Assembly: GCF_006345805.1 (NCBI RefSeq)
Contig: NW_021836774.1
Span: 1 to 22,708, forward strand
Direction: 5' to 3'
Length of the DNA stretch: 22,708 nt
DNA from: Octopus sinensis
Lineage: Eukaryota
Positions 1-9,502 of this stretch are shown here, one piece after another; the first letter of the stretch is position 1, and each line of letters begins with the position of its first letter. The position numbers and the translations under genes are program-made. The notes beneath the pieces were generated by a model, which did no database searches, was not told where the DNA came from, and saw only the letters and a program-made list of their open reading frames with translations.

Positions 1-340
1 ACCTCTCTATCTCACTCAATTCTCTGTCTGCCTATCTGTCGCTCTCTCTCACTCTTCTTTTCCCCTTCTTTCCCTTCCTCTCCTTCCTCCTCTTCTTCAT
101 CTCTCTCTCTCTCCTTACTATCTCTTTCTCGCCTACACCTCTCTCACTGTCCTTCACTGTCACTTCCTCGTTTGTCTCTACTTCCCTCTGTTCATCACTC
201 TTCTCTCTCCTTCCCTCTCGCTTTCAGTCCGTCTCTGTCTGTCTGTCTGTCTCTGTCTGTCTGTCTCTGTCTGTCTGTCTGTCTATCTCTTTCTCTCTCT
301 CTCTCTCTCTCTCTCCCCTCCCTCTAACCTTCTCTTCCGC
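1..340. repeat. CT/CTGT-rich low-complexity microsatellite block
   Basis: Nearly pure pyrimidine strand with (CT)n and (CTGT)n runs. Confidence 0.95.
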
Positions 341-510
341 ACTCTCGTTATGGACAGCCTGTCAATTTGGCTTTCAGGCCATGGCATGGCATGGAGCGGT
401 GTGGATGGTCTGATATGATAAAAAACGATGTAGAGACTGGCATTCTAAAAGCTCGGCAAAAACATAAATAGCACCGTCTCAATGGTTAGAATATATTCCA
501 ATGTTCTACT

Positions 511-680
511 GGAATAGCCATGTGGTTAAGGAGATCGTTACGCAACCATATAGTTCTGTGGTTGATATCATTGTACAGCACATTGGGGACAAGTGTTTTC
601 TATCGTAGCTTCCGGTTGACCAACATCATTGAGTTAAGTTTTGTTGATGGTAACTGTGACGAAGCCAGTCCTATGTAAAT
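511..680 (+). mobile_element. 5' half of a degraded tRNA-derived SINE (family A), ending in its internal (TA)n tract
   Basis: Colinear by eye with the reverse complement of 5510-5658 (tgtggtt...caaccatatagttc...gcacattggggacaagtgttttcta...gaccaa...aactg...gaagccagtc). It stops at the TA run into which the mariner inserted. Confidence 0.7.
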
Positions 681-700
681 TATATATATATATATATATA

Positions 701-1991
701 TCAGGTCATCCAACAAGTTCTGTCCGATTTTACCTTTTTCCAAAATTGAATGGAATTTAATAGAATTTTAGAATGCCTAATGGAATTAAAAATTATTTTT
801 ATGTATTTGTGTGCATTTAGACTAATTAAATTTTATTTTACAGAATAATAGAATTAAAATTTCTTCGATTAAAACCCTTTCTAATATGGAAGTATTCAAA
901 GAGCATTTGAGGCACATAATGTTTTATGAGTACAAACAAAGGAAACTCAGCAGCCGAAGCGAATCGAAATATACACCCAGTTCATGAGAAAGAATGCTTG
1001 AATTAAAGAACTTGCAGATGATAGTTTGCAAAATTCAGAAGTGGAGATTTCAGCCTTGAAGATGAAGATCGAACAGGACTTCCAGTTGAGTTTGATGATA
1101 AGCTCCTTGGGGCATTACTTGAAGAAAATCCTACATTATCAGTTGAAGAATTGACAATAAAGCTTAGTTCAAACCATACAACTGTTCATCGTCATCTTCA
1201 ACAACTTGGAAAGGTTCCTAAACTTGAAAAATGGGTGCCTCATGAATTGTCCGAAAGCAACCGCATATCCCGAGTTGACATCTGCTCTTCTCTCCATTTT
1301 CGTGAACTGATTTCGCCCTTTTTGGATAGACTTGTGACTGGTGTCGAAAATTGGATCTTCTATCGAAATGTTGAACGTCGTAAACAGTGGCTTGGTGAAA
1401 GGAAAAAAGCTCAACCACAACCGAAAAGGGAACTTCATGGGAAAAAAGGTTCTTCTCTCTATCTGGTGGGATTGCAAAGGAGTAATTCACTTTGAATTGT
1501 TACTACCTAATGCAGCAATCAATGCTCAAGTCTACTGTCAGCAATTAGAGCGTTTGAACCAAGCTTTAAAGAAAAACAGCTCCGCTTTTGTGACTCGAAA
1601 AGAAGTGATGTTTCATCAGGACAATGCGCAACCCCACACTGCAAAGATCACATCACAGAGGATGGAAGAGCTTGGTTGGGAAAAAATTCCTCATCCACCT
1701 TATTCTCCCGACCTTGCTCCTTCAGACTACCATTTGTTTCGTAGTTTACAGAATCATTAGGGGTACACAACTTTCGCAAGCCAGGAGGAGGTCGAACCTG
1801 ACATTTCAGAGTTCTTCGCTTTGAAACCAAAAGCATTTTACATTGATGGAATTGAAAAGCTTGTAAATAGATTGAAGTAAGTCATAGATAATCAGGGAAA
1901 GTACATTTATGATTAAATTTCAATTAGATGTAACATTTGATCACTTGTTTTCATTATTCAAAATTCGGATAGAACTTATGGGATGACCTGA
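701..1991 (+). mobile_element. Full-length (1291 bp) decayed mariner transposon, DD34D
   Basis: Left TIR TCAGGTCATCCAACAAGTTCTGTCCGATTT (701-730) matches the reverse complement of AAATTCGGATAGAACTTATGGGATGACCTGA (1961-1991) with a few differences. TA is on the left and a TA-rich tract on the right. It contains a transposase pseudogene. Confidence 0.97.
886..1916 (+). pseudogene. mariner transposase pseudogene
   Basis: ATG at 886 (MEVFKEHLRHIMFYEY), WVPHEL motif, DNAQPH...YSPDLAPSDYHLF with exactly 34 residues between the second and third Asp. The first catalytic Asp is mutated (VTGVENW for VTGDEKW). Several in-frame stops and at least two frameshifts. Native stop TAA at 1914-1916. Confidence 0.95.
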
Positions 1992-1992
1992 T

Positions 1993-2026
<34 letters not shown>

Positions 2027-2046
2027 TAATATATATATATATATAT

Positions 2047-2128
<82 letters not shown>

Positions 2129-2171
2129 ATATATGTATATATATATGTATATATATATATATTTCTATATA

Positions 2172-2209
<38 letters not shown>

Positions 2210-2412
2210 TTTATATATGTATGTATATATATATTTATATATGTATATATATGAATATATATATATATATATACATATATTTATTTATTTACATAGACAT
2301 ACACATGCACACACGCGAGTGTGTGTGTGTATACTTACATATTATTGATATCTATCTATCTATTATATATATATATACACACACATACTACATATATATA
2401 TACATACATATA
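1992..2412. repeat. Compound (TA)n/(TATG)n/(CA)n microsatellite
   Basis: Direct reading of the sequence. Confidence 0.95.
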
Positions 2413-2482
2413 TGGATAAGCGTCATCCTCATTAGCTTGTAGGATTGATACATATCGACCGGTACTGAGTGCTAGCGCAGAA

Positions 2483-2531
2483 GACTGTTGCTCACAGGAC
2501 ACGACTGTTGCTCACAGGACACGACTGTTGC
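2483..2531. repeat. 20-bp tandem duplication GACTGTTGCTCACAGGACAC x2.45
   Basis: Identical units at 2483-2502 and 2503-2522, and a partial unit at 2523-2531. Confidence 0.9.
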
Positions 2532-2789
2532 AATATTTATTTTCTAACTTGTCCAGCGAATGCCTCCAATTCTGATGGTCTCGACGGTTGGGAGCCGTCA
2601 GCGTTTACTTTGTGGCCGGAGTTAGTAACTAGTGAGAGATGCAACACAGGACGCAACCTTACCACTATGTAAAGAAGCAGTCTCTTTTTTATGGTTAAGT
2701 ACTCCGGTATTAATAGTAAAGTTTGCTAATGATCACGGAAGTAAAGCTTATGAATATATCTCTAGGCGTTTAAAGAATATATTAACAGC

Positions 2790-2950
2790 TAATTATTTGT
2801 AATTAGTTCGCCCGATCTCTAATCTCCAGATAAAGCAGGATAAGAAGGAATGTTTTTTTCTTTTTTCTGTATCTAGAACTGATGGAATGCATGTGCTGAT
2901 TAAACCTTCTTTTGAAATCAGTAATTGTAAGTCCTGTATTAACCACTATG
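2790..2950 (-). pseudogene. Remnant of a Penelope-like element GIY-YIG endonuclease
   Basis: Minus strand reads NTGLTITDFKRRFNQHMHSISSRYRKK and, after a frameshift in the A-run, KHSFLSCFIWRL. This fits the PLE endonuclease pattern YIGxT...FKxRxxxH...RY...TxLSxxIWxL that I recall. Confidence 0.6.
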
Positions 2951-3410
2951 TCCAATTCTTCATTTCTAGAACACCAGTCGAGAATTGCTTCAGGAAGAAG
3001 ATAGCACAGAAATACCTGAACGCATCCAGGACAGACGAGGCGCTTCAGCTCTTTGGCTGTTCCTCTAAGAGAAGGTAACTTCATACAAGTCTTGCATCCC
3101 GATACCTACTGGGCTCGTGGCAGTTGTTGCACCCAAACCAATACAGTTTGAAGACGAGAGAAAGCGAGTGGCTCTGCACAAAATATGTTCGTTATAATAT
3201 TATTCAACTGACACCAGCAGCAACACCATCTCAGAGTGAGATGTCCCAAGAGACCCAGTGAGGAGTCGGCCATTCACCTCTTTAGCTGCTCGTTTAAGAG
3301 AAGGTAACTCCATATAAATCGTACATCCTGGTTACTGCTGGTGTCATGATGCTCATTGTGCTAGATCAATACAAGTTTGGGATTGGCTCTGGACAACCAT
3401 ATCCACTATA

Positions 3411-3623
3411 ATAATGGTTTCAGGTTTTGGCACAAGGCCAGTGATGTCGGAGAGATGGGGATAAGTCAATTACATCGACCCCCGTGTTCAATTGGTACTT
3501 ATTTTACCAATCCCGACAGGATGAAAGACAAAGTGGGCGGCGTTTCAACTCAGAATGTAGTTAGAAGAAATGCCATTAAGCATTTTACTCGGTGCGGTAA
3601 AGATTCTGCCCGCTCGCCACCTT
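3411..3623 (-). mobile_element. tRNA-derived SINE family B, copy 1
   Basis: Colinear with 12476-12682 (ggcacaagg, attacatcgaccc, aggatg.aagacaaagt, gaaatgc...gcatttt, gattctgcc). The head on the minus strand has A/B-box-like sequences. Confidence 0.8.
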
Positions 3624-4189
3624 CATGTCCCTTATAATAATATTCATTGAGCAGGTTATTTAGCAAACCAAGACACCCAGACACGAGGACACTCACACTA
3701 ACACCATCGTGCTTTCTTCATAAGTCCAGTCGCAATAAGAAAAGAGACGAGGCGGGGGCAAGTAGAGGATGCTACTGGATATCTTCAACGTTGACCCTGC
3801 ACACAGGCAGCTGAAAGGTAATAGCCGAGCAGCAGAGACTTGCTAAATCTTTATTCGTCCACCATACGATATTGTATAACACAGTGTATCGTGTACATCC
3901 CAGTATAGTCTATTGCAGCGCTTCTTAAACTATGGGTCACGACCCCAAATGGGGTCGCGAAAATTAAATTCAAACGCTTGAATATTAGTTTATATGTTAT
4001 TTCACAAACGCAGAAATCCTAAAACTACTTATATTTTGACAAATAATATTACTTTTTTTTAAATATATATGTATATATATATATATTGTTTAGCAAAATA
4101 ATAAATCATTAATGTATTTATTTGTATGTTATTTCATATTTAATACCTGGGGTCGCGAAAAATCTTGTGATGAAAAATGGGTTCATGAA

Positions 4190-4445
4190 CGGGCATATGG
4201 CGTAGTGGTTAAAAGCGCGGCCAACTAACCCCAAGGTTCCGAGTTCGATTCCAGGTACCGACCTGAATGATAATATTAATAACAACATCGAAAAGAATAC
4301 CTTAGGAATGAGAACCCAGGTTCGAAATTTTCCCCCAAGACACCTGAAGAAGGCTGGAGGGTATATCAGCCGAAAAGCTGTGTTAACAACAAACAAGATG
4401 AGGACAAATATCCATCGAATGTAAATAATTTAAATAATATAAATA
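4190..4445 (+). mobile_element. tRNA-derived SINE family C with a hammerhead-like 3' domain
   Basis: A box TGGCGTAGTGG and B box GAGTTCGATTCC in a tRNA-like head (about 4191-4263), then an AT-rich linker, a hammerhead-like core at 4339-4384 and a (TAAATAATN)3 tail. Possible ATGAA duplication at 4185-4189 and 4446-4450. Confidence 0.85.
4339..4384 (+). ncRNA. Minimal type I hammerhead ribozyme-like motif (probably inactive copy)
   Basis: GACAC-CTGAAGA-A-GGCTG(gagggtatat)CAGCC-GAAA-A-GCT-GTGTT. Stem I is GACAC/GTGTT, stem II is perfect (5 bp), and the core CUGANGA and GAAA are present. The stem III/cleavage segment is AAGCT rather than the canonical ACGUH. Confidence 0.55.
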
Positions 4446-4502
4446 ATGAAAGAAAAAGTTTAAGAAGCGCTGGTCTAAAGTATAGTTTAATACAGTCTAC
4501 AT

Positions 4503-4696
4503 CAGGGGCTATCAACCATTTTTTTCACCTATGGACCCCTTTGATTTCTATTTTATTCTGGCGGGCCCCCATAGCCATTAATTTTTAAAAACTAGCTTTA
4601 TAAAACTAGCTTCTTTCTAAATGCCTATTTTGTTTTCACACTTGTGTACGTTGAACTACGTAAAATGTGAAAGAAAGAAACCTGTTTCTTGCAATA
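4503..4696 (+). mobile_element. 5' half of a hAT MITE (truncated copy)
   Basis: Starts CAGGGGCTATCAACC, preceded by GTCTACAT. Colinear with 4710-4906 over about 195 bp. Confidence 0.75.
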
Positions 4697-4910
4697 CAGG
4701 CATCTAAGGCATGGGTTCTCAGCCATTTTTTATCCTTGAACCCTCTTGATTCCTATTTTATGCTGGTAGATCCCTATTGCCATTCAATTTTTAAAAACTA
4801 GTTTTATAAAAACACCTTACAAAATTCCTATTTTGGCTTTTTTCACACATTGTGTAGGTTGAACTATGTAAAATATTAGAGAAAGAAACCTAGCTGTTTC
4901 TTGCAATTAA

Positions 4911-5456
4911 CCCCATGACAACGGGTTTTTATCAGGCAACTAGGTTGCACTGACGGTAATCATCTCGGCCGAGAATAGCAATTAGCGCACGACAACGGTT
5001 CGGCGTATATTTAGTCGCTTTAAAGCATGCACTGTTTATTTACGTAAACTGTCATCATTACGAGGACCATAAATTCAATGAAATTGGCATGGCTGGATGC
5101 GACTATAAATTCCGTGAAGGACCAGAAGAATTTGCTGACTGTGTACGAATTTGATAGGAAGTCAGAGTGGAAATGATGGTATAAGCATCAAAATTGCTGT
5201 TTTTGTACTATTATGGTGATGATGTCTCGATCTGAGTCGAATATATTTACTCTTTACTTTTTTACTTTTTTCTGTCATTTGACTGCGGCCATGCTGGAGC
5301 ACCGCCGCTAGTCGAGCAAATCGACCCCAGGACTTATTCTTTGTAAGCCTAGTACTTATTCCATGGGTCTCATTCGCCGAACCGCTAAGTCACGGGGACG
5401 TAAACACACAAGCATCGTTTGTCAAGCGATGTTGGGGGACAAACATAGACATACAA

Positions 5457-5501
<45 letters not shown>

Positions 5502-5867
5502 CGACGAGCTTTTTTCAGTTTCCGCCTGCCAAATCCACTCACAAGGCTTTGGTCGGCCCGAGGGATATAGTAGAAGACACTTGCTCAAGGTGCTATGCAG
5601 TGGGACTGAACCTGGAACCATATGGTTGGTAAGCAACCTAGTTGCCACACAGCCACTACACGAAGAAATATTTACAACTATCAACATTCCTTGGAAATTG
5701 CACGGTGGCCTGTATTATCGATTCTGTGAGTGATAGCGGATATTTATATCAACCGGTACACAAACAGGTACAAAACTGCAGCAGATATAGGGCTGCGTGT
5801 ATTTTCGTCATCTGATTTAAAGCGAGTACACAGCGCACAAATATTTACGTCAACCGATGTCATGAAG
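4911..5867. mobile_element. piggyBac-like non-autonomous element (about 545 bp without the nested SINE)
   Basis: TTAA at 4907-4910 and 5868-5871. Imperfect TIRs CCCCATGACAACGGGTT vs CTTCATGACATCGGTTG (reverse complement of the right end), 12/17 identical. Subterminal direct repeat GACAACGG at 4917 and 4991. Confidence 0.7.
5247..5658 (-). mobile_element. Full-length tRNA-derived SINE family A
   Basis: tRNA-like head (GGCTGTGTGG...GGTTCAGTCCC), CCTTGAGCAAGTG body, internal TA/CA tract and GAGTAAA-type tail. Colinear with 9503-10008 and 12770-13185. Confidence 0.9.
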
Positions 5868-5901
5868 TTAAAGCAAAAACTTTTCAGGGCCCCTTAAAAT
5901 A

Positions 5902-6468
5902 TTGAATTGTCTGGAAAGTTCGTGCCGATTTATAGTAGCTTACCTTTCGACTTATTTTAGAACATGGTTGAGTCCATAAAATACGATTTGACTACACCTC
6001 CATTTAGAGCACAGTTTAAGCTATCTTTTCGTGGAAGAAGGTTTATGTTCCTATAACCTGTGTTAATTCTGTAAACCTTTAAAATAGAAGATAAGAAAGT
6101 TCATTTTCGGAACTTGATACTTTGGGACCCAGACAAAAATTGCTGCAGCTCATCTGGGATGTCTTACCCCATCCTCCATATTCACCAGATATTGCTCCTT
6201 TCGGATTTCCACTTACTCAGGTCTCCCCAGAATAGTCTTAATGGTAAAAATTTCAATTCCTTGGATGATGTAAAAAGATGCCTTGATGAATTCTTTGCCA
6301 TGAAACCACCTCAACTCTGAGAAGAGGGTATTTTCAAGTTAAAGGAAAGATAGAGACGCATTGTGCAACAAAATGGATCGTATTTGCTTGATTAAAAATG
6401 TAATGGCAAGTATTTATTGACCTTTTTCTTTCCTTTAAAAATCGGCACGAACTTTTCGGACAACCCAA
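5902..6468 (+). mobile_element. Internally deleted mariner (567 bp), different family from 701-1991
   Basis: TA flanks at 5900-5901 and 6469-6470. The 30-bp TIRs TTGAATTGTCTGGAAAGTTCGTGCCGATTT and TTGGGTTGTCCGAAAAGTTCGTGCCGATTT differ at 4 positions. The N-terminal EDKKVHFRNLILW is joined at about 6127 to RQKLLQLIWDVLPHPPYSPDIAP/SDFHLLRS...QQNGSYLLD*. Confidence 0.95.
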
Positions 6469-6574
6469 TACTATTGTGAACCCCCAATTTAATATTTTGT
6501 TGCGTGGACCTCCAAAAATCTTATACGAACCGTCAGGGGCCATATGGATCCCAGTTGAGAACCAGTGTGGTGTT

Positions 6575-8180
6575 GTAGAGAGTAAAGGCGGTGGCCTTGG
6601 CAGTATTTCTAGTAGTTTTAATGGTGTCGTTGCTGGTGGTGGTGGTGGTGGTAGTGGTGATTGTAGTGGTAATGGTAGTGTTGATGATGGTGGAGGCGGT
6701 AGACTGGTAGCAATACCGGGTTTGTAGTAGCGGTGGTTGTAGTAGTAGTGATGGTAGTAGTGTGATAGTGATCCCAGCCAAGTGATGGGGTGGGGTTAAG
6801 GAAGTTAGCAATGATAAGTGTTAAGAAGCGAAGGTTGTAGTAGTAGTAGTAGTAGTTGTTGTTGTTGTTGTGGTGGTGGTGGTGGTGGTGATGGTAAGAA
6901 GTTGCCAACGTGTTGAGGATGTTTGGTTATCGGTGCCTATCATTTGGTGTATCATCTTCTACTGATGGTGGCAGTTGTAGTGGTGGTGGTGGTAGTGGTG
7001 GTGATGATGATGCTAGGGATGGCGGTGGTGGTGGTTGATACTGGTGATGATGATGATGAAGATGATGATGATGATGTCAATGATGATGGTGGTAGTGGTG
7101 ATGGTGCTGGTGATGATGATGGTAAAGATGCTGATGATGCTGATGGTTGTGGTGGTGGTGATGATGATGATTATGATGGTTAATGGTGATGGTGGTGTTG
7201 GTGGTAGATATTAGTGGTGATAGTGGTGTGGTGGTTGTTATTGTGGTGATGGTGGTAGCGGAGGTGGAGGTGGTGGATGGTGGTGGTGATGATGATGATG
7301 ATTATGGTGGTTAATGGTGATGGTGGTGGCGGAGGTAGATGGTGGTAGTGATGATGATGATGATTATGGTGGTTAATGGTGATGGTGGTCGTTATTGCGG
7401 TGATGGTGGTGGCGGAGGTAGATGGTGGTAGTGGTGATGATGATGATTATGGTGGTAATGGTGATGGTGGTGATGGTGGCTGTGCTAATGATGATGAGGG
7501 CGGTGAAGATGCTGATGGTTGTGGTGGTGGTGGTTGTGGTGGTAATGGTGGTGGTGATGGTGGTGGCGGGTCATGATTATGGTACGGGTGGTGTTGATGA
7601 TGATGGTGGTGGTGATGGTAGTAGCAGTGGTGGTGGCGGCGGTAATGATGGTAATAGAGGTGGTGGGGGTTGATGGTGGTGGATGTGAGACAGTAGTGGT
7701 AGCAGGAGTGGTTGTAATTATGGTTGGAGGAATAGCTTTGATGTATGTGGTGGTTGGGGGTAATTTTGGTGGGGGTATAAGGCTGATATTTGTGGGGGGT
7801 GGAGGGAGTATGCTGCTGGAGTTAGGCTAGTATTCGATGTGGTTGCCATGTGCTGAAATACTATGTTGTCGTTAGTGTTGTGGTTGTTGTTTGGCCATAG
7901 ATCAAATCTGATTGACCAGGTCAATAGCGAACGCATTCCTACCGTGACCATCCTGTATTTTATAACTTTGTACAACTCCGTTGTCTAATAAGAAAGGCCC
8001 TATTTTACTCAAGACGTTAAAATGGAATTTGAAAGGATTTTGCTGCTGTTTCTAGCAGGTAGAGAACTTTCACTGTTAGTGGTAGATGTGGTAGATATAG
8101 TATAGGCGGTAGTTGTGGTGGTGGTGGTAGTGGTTGTAGTGGTGATGGTGATGAGGAAGAGGAGTGAGTGGACGATAATA

Positions 8181-8217
<37 letters not shown>

Positions 8218-8644
8218 CGGTGATGATGATGATGATGATGACAACGACGAAGACGACGACAACGACGATGATGATGGTGGTGATGATGATGATGACGACG
8301 ATGATTATGATGACGACGATAATGACAATAATGATAATGATGAAGACGACGACGACGAAGAAGACGATGAAGATGATGATGATAATGGTGATGATGATGA
8401 CGACGATGATGATGACGATGATGATGATGACGACGATGATGATGACGATGATGATGACGATGATGACTGATGATGATGGCGGTGGTGACGACTGGCAATG
8501 TTGACGACGACGACGATGACAGTTATGCTGCTGCTAGTGGTGATGATGATGATGATGATGATGATGATGTGAAAGACGCCTGTGATGGTGATGTTGATTG
8601 ATTCAAATTTCCTAAAAACAATAATATATATACGATGATGATGT

Positions 8645-8685
<41 letters not shown>

Positions 8686-9350
8686 GTGGTGGTGATGGTG
8701 ATGATGATGATGGTGGTGATGGTGATGATGATGATGATGATGGGCGGAAGTAGAGGCAGAGGAGCAGGGGAACCAAAAATATAAACATCGGGTGAACGAC
8801 CTACGCATAGATATAGACACAGTGGAGCTGTTGGGTGGGCGGTTGTGGTAGTGACGGGTGGTAGTGGTGGAGGTAGTTGTGGTGGCGGTGGTGGATGGGT
8901 GGCGGCAGTGGTAGTGGTGGAGGTGGTGGTATAGTGGTGGGGTGGTTGTGGTGGGGTGGCAGTGGTGGTGGGGGTGGCAATGGTGGTGGTGGTGGTGTCA
9001 GCGGTGTCGGCGTGCGGTAGTGGTGGTGGTTGTGGTGGCGATGGTGGCTGTGGCGGCGGCGGCAGCGGTGGTAGTTGTGACGGTAGTGGTTGTGGTGGAT
9101 GTGCTTGTGTCGGTGGTAGTGGTCGCGTTAGTGATGGTGGTGGTGCTGATAATTATGGTTGTAGTGGGGGGAGGGCGAGATCGGAGTGGTAATGATGGCT
9201 GTGGTGGTGATGGTTATGATGATGGTCATGGTGGCGGAGGGGTAGGTGGTGGTGTTGGTGATGGTGGTGGCGGTGGCGGCTGTAGTGTTGGTGGTGGTGA
9301 TGGCAGTGATGGCGGTGGTGGTGATAGTTCTGGTGGGAGTTATGTTAGTA
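6575..9350. repeat. Large GGT/GAT/GTT trinucleotide low-complexity field
   Basis: Direct reading. Interrupted by short unique or repeat-derived islands at about 7885-8070, 8570-8630 and 8740-8830. Confidence 0.95.
7885..8070 (-). mobile_element. Fragment of dispersed repeat family E (probable retroelement 3' end with (AAC)n tail)
   Basis: Shares CCGTG(A/T)CCA(T/C)CCTGT and TTGA..GGAT..TTG.CT...TAGC blocks with 9366-9500 plus 10009-10045. Starts right after a GTT run. Confidence 0.55.
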
Positions 9351-9365
9351 GTCGTTGCTATTCCT

Positions 9366-9500
9366 GTTTCACCCAAGGTCAACCCTGAGAAAGCAGGCCC
9401 TTTAATCGAAAACACTTCATCCGTGTCCACCCTGTCTGAACCTATGTACTAGCAGCACAGGCTTACGTCATCCATCGGATGTGATTTGAGGGATGTTTGG
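9366..9500 (-). mobile_element. Repeat family E copy, interrupted by a family A SINE and resuming at about 10009-10045
   Basis: GTTTCACCCAAGGTCAACCCTGA...CCGTGTCCACCCTGT, colinear with 7889-7956 and 11719-11745. Confidence 0.55.
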
Positions 9501-9502
9501 CT

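Larger units (their letters stand above)
3916..4472. mobile_element. hAT (Charlie-type) MITE interrupted by a SINE
   Basis: Perfect 16-bp TIR CAGCGCTTCTTAAACT / AGTTTAAGAAGCGCTG. The 8-bp flanks GTCTATTG and GTCTAAAG match at 6/8 and resemble the NTCTAGAN target. Subterminal GGGGTCGCGAAAA occurs twice. Confidence 0.92.
4710..6567 (+). mobile_element. hAT MITE split into three pieces (4710-4910, 5872-5901, 6469-6567) by nested insertions
   Basis: Left end CATGGGTTCTCAGCC. Right end GTTGAGAACCAGTG, whose reverse complement CACTGGTTCTCAAC matches both left ends. The pieces rejoin across TTAA and TA duplications. No 8-bp TSD is recognisable on the right. Confidence 0.7.

Noticed and set aside
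1151-1760. Mariner ORFs in the track as functional CDS
   Set aside because: They are fragments of one frameshifted pseudogene with a mutated first catalytic Asp.
2572-2605. Minus-strand CTGACGG-hairpin-GAGAC downstream of the Penelope-like relic, resembling a decayed hammerhead
   Set aside because: The GACGG/CCGTC hairpin is real, but both core segments are altered and neither stem I nor a cleavage triplet can be formed.
4191-4263. Possible tRNA gene (likewise the heads near 12130, 5600-5658 and 9950-10008)
   Set aside because: Acceptor and anticodon stems do not close, there is no T-run terminator, and each continues into a SINE body.
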